A stretch of DNA of 64,000 nucleotides from Massalongia carnosa (lineage: Eukaryota). Numbering within the stretch: position 1 is the stretch's first letter; each line of letters opens with the position of its first letter. Where the stretch lies: NCBI GenBank assembly GCA_965645245.1, contig OZ287079.1:1612001-1676000 (forward strand), in the 5' to 3' direction. A model generated the notes under the pieces. It saw nothing but the letters and a program-made list of their open reading frames with translations, was not told the origin of the DNA and did no database searches. Below are positions 24,624-36,216 of the stretch, piece after piece. Made by a program: the position numbers and the translations under genes.

Positions 24624-26327
24624 AAGGATGACGCTGAAAGTCCTTGCTAACGCTAAATATGCAGCTAAAAAAGCCACTTTACATGGGTATATTTGCATGG
24701 ATAGATATTTATTAAATATCAATCCATCGAATAATCGCATGAAGCTAGGTATTCAGAATTATCACCTCCATCATCTTTATCACTCACACTCATCGCTGTC
24801 AGTGCTTTCTCGTTTGAGATGAGCGCGATGATATCGAACACGGCGATCTTCTTTATTATACGGTCGTACGACTCCGATCTCTCTACCTTCTCTATTCTCG
24901 TTACCTCCGTCCAACAATATCACCTCGTCAACATGTCGCTTTATACGTTCAATCCAGGACTGAATTCTTTTCTGCGTCGACTCCTCCGTTCAGCACTTTG
25001 TCCAGGCCTTTTCAGCCTCAATACGAGTCCGCGGAGCACCTAATCGAGTGGTTCTTCGCTTCATCCAGAATCAACAAGGCTCGATCATGTTCAGATCAGG
25101 AGAATTTCCAAGCCATAACAGACGCATGACGTTGAAACCTATAAAGATCAGATTTTGATGTTTGGATGTGTGACTGGGGGCCTTGTCTTCCTGTACGATA
25201 GTGTTTGATCGATCTATCATACATTCTTTTGCAAACGGAAGAAGCTTAGGAATTAAGACGAGTTTTTGATAACGATACCAGTCCACACCTCCCTTGCCAT
25301 CTCGAACGACTTTACCGTGTGTTTTATCCCATTTCCAGATAGGTTTTCGACCTCCTGGATTACGTAGCTTCATTTGTCTCATGCTGGTTTCTTACTCCCA
25401 ATTCTCTTCAGCTTCTGATTCTAAAGTCTCATTGAGTTTGTCTAACTCAATTTGAGCCTCTCTTTTCTCTATTGCGGTCTCCGTTTTCCAGATATGAAAA
25501 GGTCCTTTCTTATCGTATGAAAAACAGCCCCAAAACAAAAAGTCGGAGCATCCTTTCCATCTACGTCGAATACACGTTTTAGCATACATTTCTTTCGAGG
25601 TACGCCACTGAAGTCTTCTTCCACGTCTAGACCCCAGTATAATGCTTGTTTCGTCAGTCCATATAACGTTCTTCCAGTCATCAATAGTCCAGTGCTGATA
25701 TCGCAAACAAAATTGCAGACGAGCCTCTTTCATGATCGAATCTAGACCTGGCTTTTTCGTGCTTTTACAGGGGCGAAACCCATTCTGTTTAAGCGTACGA
25801 AGTATAGTAGTGGAGGAGAGTTTATGATCAAAGCCAATCATAGCTGATGATTTTTCTCTGCTATTTCGATCCTGCACTACATTATTCAATATAGCTTGCT
25901 TTACCTCCGGTGTAACCTCTTTAGGTCGTCCTGAACGAGGTGCATCTTCTATATATTCTACTTTTAAAACACGAGATACAGCTGGATCATATCCACGTTG
26001 TCGTGCTTTGATTTTGAGAGCTGAAATCGATCTTGGGGAGACTCCAGTCACTGCTTGCACGATTTTCGCCGCAATTCCATGTTCTACAAGCGCTAAAGCC
26101 TGTATTCTTTGTGCAATCGTGAGACTATTGCTCTGTGCATTGGGCATGATAATGATGATGATTAAAACCGTCTACTGAACATCAGATGTAGTAGTACTGT
26201 CTTTTTGACGACGAGAACAGAAGCAGATCGAATTTCTAGACTATTTTAGTACTATATTCCCCTTGTAAGCTAATAAACACCAATGCACGTCTCATGTGCG
26301 CTAGCAAGGACTTTCAGCGTCATCCTT
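24624..26327 (-). mobile_element. Tc1/mariner-superfamily DNA transposon, 1.7 kb, perfect 26-bp TIRs
   Basis: AAGGATGACGCTGAAAGTCCTTGCTA at 24624-24649 and its exact reverse complement at 26302-26327, enclosing a transposase. The left flank is TA; the right flank is CG. Confidence 0.92.
24780..26147 (-). pseudogene. DD34E Tc1-like transposase with three in-frame stops
   Basis: HTH region with RSGRP; IWTDET (D1); VQEDKAPSH (D2); SPDLNMIE (E, 34 residues after D2). A single frame is interrupted by TAA at 25392, TGA at 25071 and TGA at ~24990. Confidence 0.9.
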
Positions 26328-27039
26328 CGAAGATGTTGGGATTAACTAGCGAATGGCAATAGGCTTCTCAACCCTTATCCCTAGCGGTCTAGTTACACAG
26401 TAGTTGTATGTATCTGAACCCTGAATCACCCTGCCGAAGGAATGATCGCGCACCTGGAACGTGGGTCTAAGTATTTAAGTATTTGAGGATTTGACCCACT
26501 CAGTGATCGTGAAAATTAAACCAGTTTTTCGTGACGTATATGTACAGTACTCTACATATTCCATACATCGGTACAATAAGTCTCGGTGTGAAGCCGCATA
26601 TACCTACTCTGTACTCAGTCTCACACACTCCGTACTCCGGAACCTAATGAACATAAATCCTCATCGTACCCTCTGCACCTATTTCAACTTCTTTCCTCAA
26701 GCCACTTCATCATCACTCGCATATTCCTGCCCACTCCTGATCTCCAAACGTTGCTTCTTCGACCAACCACCCCCATTGCTATCATCTATCAAGTAGCAAT
26801 CAATCTCACTATCATCCTAACCATCATCCTAACCTTCATCCTACCTTCATCCACCACACTGCGTGTGAAACCGTTGCGCTGGAGTCTCACGCACAGACTC
26901 TCGGTTTCACCTCGACTTGATGGCTGCGCATTTCATCGCCCTTGGTCTCAAAGGTGCTGCTCCCTCCATCGCCTATTGATTGCTCTGTCCACCTGTACCG
27001 TTACATTCGTTATATTGCGTGCTGTCGGTGTTTGTCAAC

Positions 27040-28378
27040 ATGGACGACATGACTGAACTTGCTCTCGAAGGTGCCAGCACTGGAATTGACCATTACGAAA
27101 AAGTCTACGACCCGCTTAAGGCTCAGGTAAAAAGACTCCCCAATCCCCTCCGCAAATCTCGTACGCAGCAGTATGATTCCGATGACGACCAAGACTACTA
27201 CGACCCGCCTCGCCGCAGCAACACAGAACGAGTGAGTCGTCGGAGCCAGGGTCCCCGTGCCGGGGAATATGTGGAAGAAACGTATGAGAGGAAAAGTGGG
27301 CGAGCAAAGTCAACAGGTCGTGATGGGCAATTCAGAGACGGGCGTGGCCTGGACCGTGATGGTCGGCCAAGAAGTTTGTTATTCATATCTAAGGCATTGC
27401 TCATGTTGACCCAGTATAGATTACCGTAAAACATATTCCGACTCCGAATCCTCCCTCTCTCCCCCTCCTCGTCGGCGCAAATCCCTGGGCGAGCAAGCCC
27501 TGGCAGCGCTGGGCGTTGGAGGGGCCCTTGCCGCAGAGCATGAACGGCACAAGAGCGATGATCGCGATCAAGCCCGGCGTCGCCACCACCGTGAGAGTGA
27601 TCGCGATTACGACCGAGACAGACGCCAAGATCGCTTCTCTCGTGACGACCGCCTTCGTGACGACCGCCTTCGTGACGACCGCCTTCGTGACGACCGTCCG
27701 CGTCGAGCCGAAACCTTTTCGGATCGATCTTCCCAACGTCGCATTCCAGCGGGCTATATCCCTTCCAATGGCTCGGAGCGCGATCTTCCCGTCGCCACAC
27801 GCAACGGTGGTACTTCCCAATCCGTTGCACCCCGCAACACTCCTCGCGACAATGCCAATGGCAACACCAGACGCCCCTCGTCCACTTCGAGTTCGTCCTC
27901 GTCCTCCGTCTGCTCCTCATCCGAAGACGAGCGTCGCATTAAGAAAATGAAAGGCAAAGAGTTCATCACGGCCGGGCTCGCCGCCGTTGCCACCATCCAC
28001 GCCGCCGCGGGCGTTTACAGCAGTATGGAAGCGCAGTTCAAACGACACGAGGAGCTGATCAAGGGCGAAATCTCGCCCGAGGAGGCCCGTCGGAAGAAAA
28101 ACAAGGCCCGGCTGCAGGACCTGGCCGCAGTAGGGATCGCGGCGCTGGGCATCAAGGGCGCGGTCAGCGAGTGGAAAGAGGTGCAGGAGGGCCGACACGA
28201 GCTGAGCGAGCAGCGGGAGTCGAGGGAGAAGCGGCACGAGAAGCGACTGAAGCGGGCTGAGAAGGAGGCGAGGAGGGCCAGGGAGGCTCGAGGGGGCGGG
28301 CGAGGCAATGACAGGGACGGGAGATATCGTCGGGACGGCAGGGGCGGGAACGAACGGGATGGATACCGGTCTGCTTGA
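27040..28378 (+). CDS. DUF3824-like fungal protein (Arg/Asp-rich repeats, C-terminal helical domain); intron 27362-27419
   Basis: After the intron the frame reads RRRKSLGEQALAALGVGG and continues in frame into KEFITAGLAAVATIHAAAGVYSSME...GEISPEEARRKKNKARLQDLAAVGIAALGIKGA. The family name is from memory. Confidence 0.75.
27641..27697 (+). repeat. 15-bp coding tandem repeat CGTGACGACCGCCTT, ~3.8 copies (RDDRL)
   Basis: Read directly. Confidence 0.9.
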
Positions 28379-31236
28379 TGGGGCATTCTACGACATTCAA
28401 CTACCGGTATTTGCGATCAATCTGCATTCTTCAGCTATTTTTGGAGACGAGCATCTTCTGCGTACGACGTTTGATGCATCTTCGCGGCAATATCTCTCGG
28501 CTTCCCTCATCCGAGCAGACAGCTCTCGCTCATACCATTCTTGGGCCACTTGAAGGGAAAAACAGACGCCATCAAAAGCTAGCATGTCTGCCATGTCCGG
28601 TCATGTCATCCGTCGATCCTTGATCAGGTGTTTTCGCTTATCTTCTTCCATCTGCGTCCATCTAGCCAGCATTGCGCCCCCCAAATGATTAGCATGGCGT
28701 GTAATTATTTCTCTTGTCTTTCTTTTCCTTTGCTCTTCCCATCCTGACCATCTCTAATATCAGGGTGTCTCCATCACCTAGCTCTTCGAATTTCCCCGCC
28801 CCTTGGAAATTCACTTGCGTGCATTCGGGTCGCTAAACTGGGTAGCAGGGTGGCTATTCGAGCGGGAAGGAAGGGAGGCTGGCTAGGTGGGCGGGGGGGT
28901 TCAAATTAGTGGTTCCATGCCTTGGTTAGGTTAGGTATTTACCTAGCTTGGGACGAACTGGAATGAATGGCTAGTTGGTTGGTTGGCTAGATAGGGTGGC
29001 TAGGTAGTAAGGCGCTGCTGTTAGGAGCGATATTCATGTACAATATTTCCCTTCCATTTCCCTCCCATCCATCTTCCCTTCTCTTCCCTCTTCCTCTCTT
29101 CCCCCCCCCCTATCGTCATCGGTGGTCCAGTCCGTCCGTCCTCATCATCCTCATCCCTTTTGCGAACCTCCTTTTCCTCCCTTTCTCTCCGTGGATTTCG
29201 GGTTTCGGGTTTCGGGTTTCAGATTCAGATGTAGGTCAAGATCCATATTTACTTAAGTCTAGGTCTGGGTGGTTCTGTATGTATGTAAAGTAGGTATACA
29301 GTATAGTGTAGACACGTAGATAGGTAGGTTAATTAGGTTGTGTTATGTACTGTATGTCATCATGTATGTATGGATTTTTCTTTGTTGACAAACACATCTA
29401 TCTACCCCTAAATATCCATCTCTCTAGATAATCTAAATACGCTAATCATCTACTTAACTACATACCTAGATACTAGGCTACCTACCTAATTACTACCTTG
29501 TTTGGGGAGGTTTCTTTAGATCAATTTTATCTATACTACTCCAATTATCTGTTCGTCTGTTTTCATTCGTTTGTTCGTTTATTCATTTATTTAAACTAGT
29601 AGCTAAGATATCCATCCATCCATCCATCCATTCATTCTCGTCCCTAACCTAATAACCTACCTAACCTCCTCCTCCTCCTCCTCCTCCTACTGCTACCGCT
29701 ACAGCTATCGCTACAGCTACAGAGTACTCACGACCCATCTATATCTAATCCAGATTTCTCTAGTCTAACTAAACCAATCTAGTTCCAGTCCAATTCATTC
29801 CAATCTATTCTATCTGGAGAAACTAACTATTCTTGAGATCGAGCGCTGGGGCTGGGGCTGAGAACTGAAGCTGAATCTTGGATGAAAGTCTCTGTAACTC
29901 GTTTTTAAGCCTAGGGATCTTGGGGGTTTGCAATCTTGAATTGGGACGGGAATGCAGCTGGTAAGAAACGAGAATGTGTCAAAGAAAATGGGGAGAGATG
30001 AGAATGGAAAGAACGAAGAAAAAAACACACGCATGAACGAAAAAAAATAAGTATGGGATGTGTACAACCACCATTCGCTAAATAAGTTATTTTATTTCTC
30101 TTCTTTTTTCATCTCCAGCCTCTCTACTGCTGCCACTCCTCTAGCTATCTTCTCTCTATCATGTTAGCAATCCAATCAGATCAATCCCCCAGAATCCAGA
30201 GCCAAGAACATACACAACAAACCTAACCTTTCCGGCAATAGGGATGAGAAAGAAAGAGAAAAAAAAAACCAAATAGGAAACGGAAGTAAACAATAATAAC
30301 CGATTGTTAGATCACTAAAGATTTCTCCAAAAAAATAGGCATCCTTGACTTGACAGATACTCACAAGATAGTGCCCTATAAAAATTATATGTACTTCGCC
30401 CGAACTGAAACGAATATACTAGATGATCGGGCTGGACCGGACCTGAACCCGACTAGACTAGGCTGAATTGGGTTTGATAAAAAAAAATACCAGACAAGGT
30501 GTAGTAGGTAGGTACCTAGATTCCTTCGGATAGCTAGGTAGACTTGACTTGACATGAACTCGATCGGCAAATCTTGATCGGCCATGTTTGGTTGAAACCG
30601 GGACGAATACCGTGGACGCTTTGGCAAGAGAGTATCTGGAGATTTCATATAGTTATTTTTTTTGGGGGGGGGGGGGTTTTTTGACTGACTGAAAATCGCA
30701 GACTGCCTGTCTACCTGCCTATTATGTTTTTTGTTGTTCTTGTCGTTGGGGTAAAGTCAGTCAGTCATTTGTTTATAAGTATGACAGTACGGAGGCGAAT
30801 CGACCCGACAGCGAGACAAAGTTTATAGATAGGGAGGTGAGTGAGCAAGTAATAAAGAGCACAGTCGAACGCGCGAGAGCTGGGTGTTCATTCATTGTAA
30901 TGCCTTCGCTCGGCCAAAAAAAAGGAGACTAAGTTCTGTAAGAGAGGGAAACGTCAGTACGAAACTAGGAGGCAACGCGAATCCCACTGAAAAAAAAGAA
31001 ATTGGTATAGAGACATGGGTTGGTATATAGATCTGAGATGCCGCGGAACCATGAACGACCCAACCAACCACCAAAAACCCAATATCCAAGAAGAAGATGC
31101 CAGTACACACACATAGCGAAATGCCGAAAACCGGCGGTTCTCGGAGGGAGGCGATTAGGCGGGCTAAAGGGTAGCTGGGTGGCTTCACCGAGACAAAGAT
31201 AGAGAAACGTCAGCCTGACGAAGACTTCAGATTCCT

Positions 31237-31819
31237 TCAATCGTTGCCGCCGCAGCAGCAGCAGCAGAGCCAGCTACAGCATCCTGGTACCGGTCAGCTC
31301 GTGCACCTCTCATCCAAAGCACGTGGTTCCAATAAAATAACGCTCAAAACTTACCATCGTCGTCATCATCCCCTCCGTCCGAACTTCCACCCTCATGCTC
31401 CTCTTCCTCGTGCTCCTCCTCATGCCCGTGCCCGTGGCCTCCACCGTGCTTTTTCGACTTCTTCTGCTTCTTATGGAAGGCCGTAGCCATCTTCAGGTAA
31501 TCGGGCTTCTTATCTTCCTTCTTTACCGCTGGCGGCGGCACGACCGGCACGATTGACCCGGCCGGAGGCTCCCATTGGGTTTTTCCTGTCGCCGTTTCGA
31601 CGTAGTAATGTCGGTTGGCGGCGACATCGAGGTGGGCCGTCCACCCTAGGGGCATCGTAGAGGCAACAGGTACGACGGGCGCCGTCGATGCTGAGGAGGG
31701 TTACGAGGTGAGAAGGTGGTTCAGAGAAGGGAAGACACACCTCCGGTTGTTTTCTCCCCAGCAGGCTTTTTGTCGCCCTGGACCGCCTTCACGACCATTT
31801 TGATGATCATGGTCGCCAT
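31237..31819 (-). CDS. Small WW-domain protein with His/acidic linker and Cys-rich C-tail; exons 31819-31741, 31690-31355, 31283-31237
   Basis: WW domain MPLGWTAHLDVAANRHYYVETATGKTQWEPP; GTAAGT donor at 31354 and GCTGAC..CAG acceptor give the last exon GCCSWLCCCCCGGND*. Confidence 0.8.
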
Positions 31820-32360
31820 TTCTTCGGATGGTATTCAAGAATTACGGGTAACCGATGGAAAGGCTGAGCGGAGGGGTTCGACGAAAGGATGGGGAGGTTA
31901 ACGAGTGTGAAGGGGTCGATACGATGAGGTGTTATGACGAGAAGCAAAATACTCAAAAACGGAGCCAGGGCATGGGAGACGAGGTGTGATATGATCTTTT
32001 CTCCTCTGCCTTTAATTCCAAACGTCGATGGCCATACACGCTTCGTCCCGTTGGTGATCTTATATCCAGTCCTTTGTAATTCACACGCATCTAGCATGGT
32101 CACCCATGCACTCACATAAGGAGAATCCAGGGACCTTCACAGTAAGGCTAGGCGCGGGATGCAGTTCGCCTGCAGATTGATCTCCCCTCCGACTTTGACG
32201 CTAGAGATTGACTTGTTGGGTTTTCTTTTTTGAGTGTCAGCGTGATTGAAAGATGCAATAGAAACGGGTCACCTTGAAAGCTTGAAGCTCGAATGAAGCG
32301 GTTCCAAAGAGTCCTCGTTCTCTGCAGGGAGAAACATGGAAAAACTGATCCAACAGAGTC

Positions 32361-32392
32361 GCCAAGCTGCCAAGCTGGCAAGCTGCCAAGCT
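32361..32392 (+). promoter_or_regulatory. Tandem 8-bp repeat (GCCAAGCT)x4 containing three PacC/Rim101 GCCARG sites
   Basis: gccaagct gccaagct ggcaagct gccaagct, ~540 bp upstream of the WW gene start. Confidence 0.45.
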
Positions 32393-34759
32393 GTTTCAGT
32401 TCCGCGGAGGCGGGAAATGGACTCTGTAGCTAATTCTGGGGCTGAGATTCCAAGACAGGCGCATGTGTGGGGGTCCCCTGGAGATTATGCAACGAATCAC
32501 CTGATCGTCACCTCACAATCACAAAGATGTTTATTTCTCGATGGATGTTGGCGTTGATGCAACGCAGGTCTGCCCATTTCTGAATCATTCACATTTTCAA
32601 CCCATCAATAGGCTTACTCGCCGCAAAACCGTCAAGAGTCCACTATTCCGGAAATAGGTACGCTTTCCCTTGGGAAGGATGCGAACTTTTGACAGATGAT
32701 CACTTTGGCTCCATGATAATCTCAAACGGAAAGACAGAACTTACCGAAAATAACTTCTCTTGCGACCCTGCAGAGTACAGCGGACAGAGTGCAATTTGGG
32801 CGAAGTGCAGACGGAGAACATGCATACCCAGCGAGATTGCCAGCTGCCAACGAGTGGCATCGCAATCTTCATTGTAACCTCTACCTCCACTCTAGAATAT
32901 TTAGATACATAGATGCTTGGCAAAAAGTCGAGAGGACAGGTGATGCTAGGCCACGGCCCGGAAGTTCGCAGTTGACTCCTATTCCTGCAGCTTGCGCCTG
33001 GGCAGCGGGAAGACAGGGGCGCGTTTCTCGCCAAGTACCTTTATGTGGCTGTCGATTTTACGGTTGGAGAAGAAAGCCTCCTGGGCATTGGAGCAGTTGT
33101 GGCTTACACTTCTGATAAGGCGATGCATCAAATGGCAAACGCTAATGCAATGCATGTTCCTAGAAGTACGGAGTACAACATATCTTCATGCCGGCAACTA
33201 TTGCTTCTTAAGTATTAAAGACATTAGAACGAACTAGACGAGGACTCTCAAAAGCGCGGACCGCGCCGGATATTTATCAACAAAAAACCAAGTTCAAGAT
33301 ATAGATCATTGTCTAGCTTCTAAGAAACAATATCCTGAGAAATTCCTTGCTTCTTTAATCAGAGTGCTAAACACAGCAATGTCTGACAACAAAGCAGCAT
33401 CATGAGGAGTTCCGTACAAAGAGTAGACCCAAGTCATTCATCATGTTCATGGAGCAATTTGAACACAAAATATTTGTTCGCCGGACAAGCTTATTTCTAC
33501 CAAACAGAACAATATCAACCTAGATTCAAGAGGCAGAGTCGCCCTGGAGATGAACCTATAGGTTCGTTCGTCAACTCAAGGATTCTGGATCTTCGTTGTC
33601 GATGAGATATGCAAGAAGGGAACTAAACTCCATTGGTGCTACAAGATGGCGAAGGACGAGATCTTCACAGTACCACCGACAAGCAAATGGTATCTACTTT
33701 TGAGAACGTCTTGGGCTAGGAAGGGTGTCGAAGCTTGTCCCGCAAAATCTTCATACAGTTCTTCAATGGCACTATTGAAGCAAAGTTCCCGACCGTAGGA
33801 TAATGATTTTACAGTAGGCATATGGTTGACATCGTTAAAGCGATGCAAACGAATGCATGTGTTTACTGACAATCTAAGAATCGCGGGCGTTGAGATCCAG
33901 TTGGCCCTCATGTCACCTTACTCCCTTCTACAATGCGTTCATTGTCGGTCTTTTCCAATGCCTCAGTTTATGACATCAAGCCCATGACTATATTTTATGT
34001 TTTGTCAGCGGTGACCTTAGAGGGCAAAAGGACTGACGCCAATCAGTCATCTAGCAGTCAAGGATTGGAACATCCCGACGATTCCCATTTTAAAAAATGG
34101 CTCCGGGTGATGACAATAACATTCAGCAAGGTATCGCTCCTGCGCATGTATATTAGACTGTTGGGGAATATGATACCCAAATGATAAAGTCTTGCTACTC
34201 CTCCGGACACACCTGAGAACGTGTTCTCATATCAGCATATATACTCATTCCAACACGATTCGTGTGATAGCCTGCTAAGCGTTACGGAGAAAATCCACCA
34301 TGTTAATCGTTCGATAACCTTTCTAGCAAAGACTTACTATATACCTTTCAGCTCCAACAGTACTTGGAGGTTCTGCATTGCAATTCATCACATGCTTCTT
34401 ATCAATCCATGATTGTCAATCCTCGGAGGATCCTCTCTCCTCGTACTGAATACAGATTTCGGCTTGTTTTTCTATTGTAGGTGAATCACTTTTTCATCGA
34501 TTTTCATGATTTTCATGATTTCGTCCGAGCGTTCATTCACACCATTTTCTGTCCAACCTTGAGCCGTTCCCATTTCATATTGACGTTCTGCTTGAAGACT
34601 ACTACATTCAACCCACGAGCTGTATACTTCAATGTCTCGAGCGGTCTAGAGATAGGGCATATAACAAATTTCTCCTTCTATTCCATTACTTTCCGTCTTC
34701 AACGATCTTTATCCCCCGATCCCATCCTCCCAATCACTAAACCCCAACCCCTGCCGAAA

Positions 34760-35323
34760 ATGCCCCCACTCTCGTATCAATATCGGCTCCAAAGCTACCC
34801 CCATCCCCAACCTCAACCTCAACCTCGGCCCCGCGCACCAACCCTCCACATCACCTTCCTCAGCTACGCCGACGCCCTCGGTACTCCCCGCCTGCGCGTC
34901 CCCACGCTCCTAACAATAAACTGCCTCTCGCTGCACGCCCCCTCTTTCCGCCTACAAAAGCGTTACACGGGTCTCGACCGACCCCTCGCCGCCGCCGTGT
35001 TCGCCCGCTCCCGCAACGAGGACGCCTACCAGCGCGCGCTCGACCGCATCTTCGCCCACGTGCGCCATTACTGGACAACGACGCCCTGCAGTTCTAGCAG
35101 TAGTAGCGAAAGGGGAGCGGAAAGGGAAGGGGAGGTCGCTATCCTGGTCAAGTGCGTGCGCGGCATGCATCGCAGCGTGGCGATGGCGGAACGCTTGGCG
35201 GGCGAGGTGGGCCGCTGGCGGGGGGTGAGGGTCAGCTGCGAGCATTTGGATCTGGGCGAGGCGGTGGGCGGGATGGTGGAGAGGGGGTATGGACCTTATC
35301 GGAGATGGTGGAGGGGGGGTTAA
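34760..35323 (+). CDS. Stand-alone RapZ C-terminal-domain-like protein, 187 aa, intronless
   Basis: ITFLSY...INCLSL.AP...YTGLD...AILVKCVRGMHRSVAMAERLA...VSCEHLDL parallels the RapZ-CTD pattern (SFG...DVRFLPNP...TGLD...IGCTGGxHRSVxxAExL...HRD). Confidence 0.7.
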   Translation: MPPLSYQYRLQSYPHPQPQPQPRPRAPTLHITFLSYADALGTPRLRVPTLLTINCLSLHAPSFRLQKRYTGLDRPLAAAVFARSRNEDAYQRALDRIFAHVRHYWTTTPCSSSSSSERGAEREGEVAILVKCVRGMHRSVAMAERLAGEVGRWRGVRVSCEHLDLGEAVGGMVERGYGPYRRWWRGG

Positions 35324-36216
35324 GAGGGTTGAGATTGGAGGGAGGGGATGGAGATTGGGGGTTAGGGTTAGGGATTGGGATTAGGAGGAGATCGAGAGGA
35401 CTTGGAAGAGTTTTTTTTTTTTTTACCGACTACTCGGAGCTTCAGATGCGATGATGATGGGGGCATCGGGGGGTTCCATATCATGTATTCTCTAGACATT
35501 CTTGCACCTATAGATTCTACTTCCGTTCTATCTATCTTCCTGGCTGGCTGGCTGGCTGGCTGGCATAAACCGATCACAGCACTTCGCTGCTTCCCTCCTA
35601 CTCCTCTTTTGATCCTAGCCCCCCTAATCCCCAACCATTTCCCCCTGATTCTCCCGATAACCGGACTCACCATAACCATACTTTACATCTACGGGAAACA
35701 TATAAGTCTGGGGTTCGTGGGTATGATTATGGTTTTTTGGTTTATTTTTTTTGGTTTACAAGAGTCAGACATGCGCTGATTTAACTAACTAGCTGGTGAT
35801 ATAGCTGGAATCGATGTTTTTGGGCTTTTTGGTAAATTGATTTGTGGAGCGATAGATACAGAGTACTATGTACAGACAGTATCTAAGCGATCAAGACGTG
35901 AGTGATGCTGGCCAACTAGTACGTACGAGTACTTGATTTAGAGTACATGTAAGATAGCCTGAGAAATGAAACTTATATTTCCTCTTAAGATAGTAAATAC
36001 ACGTATTTCTATGCCCGTACAGCTAGCTAGTTAACAGTATCTTATCTCCAGCGGTTCCACGCGGCACTCAACATCAGGCAGCAATAACCAAACACGATAT
36101 CTAACCAGTCTCCATCTCACAACTGTAAACAAACATTCTTACATCCATTGTGCGCTTAAGCTTTGGAGGCGTATGATACGATCATCTACAAACGATATAT
36201 CCGCAAGCTGGCAACG

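Noticed and set aside
35362..35385. TTAGGG TTAGGG followed by degenerate copies
   Set aside because: Only two exact units inside a G-rich low-complexity tract; not evidence of a telomere.
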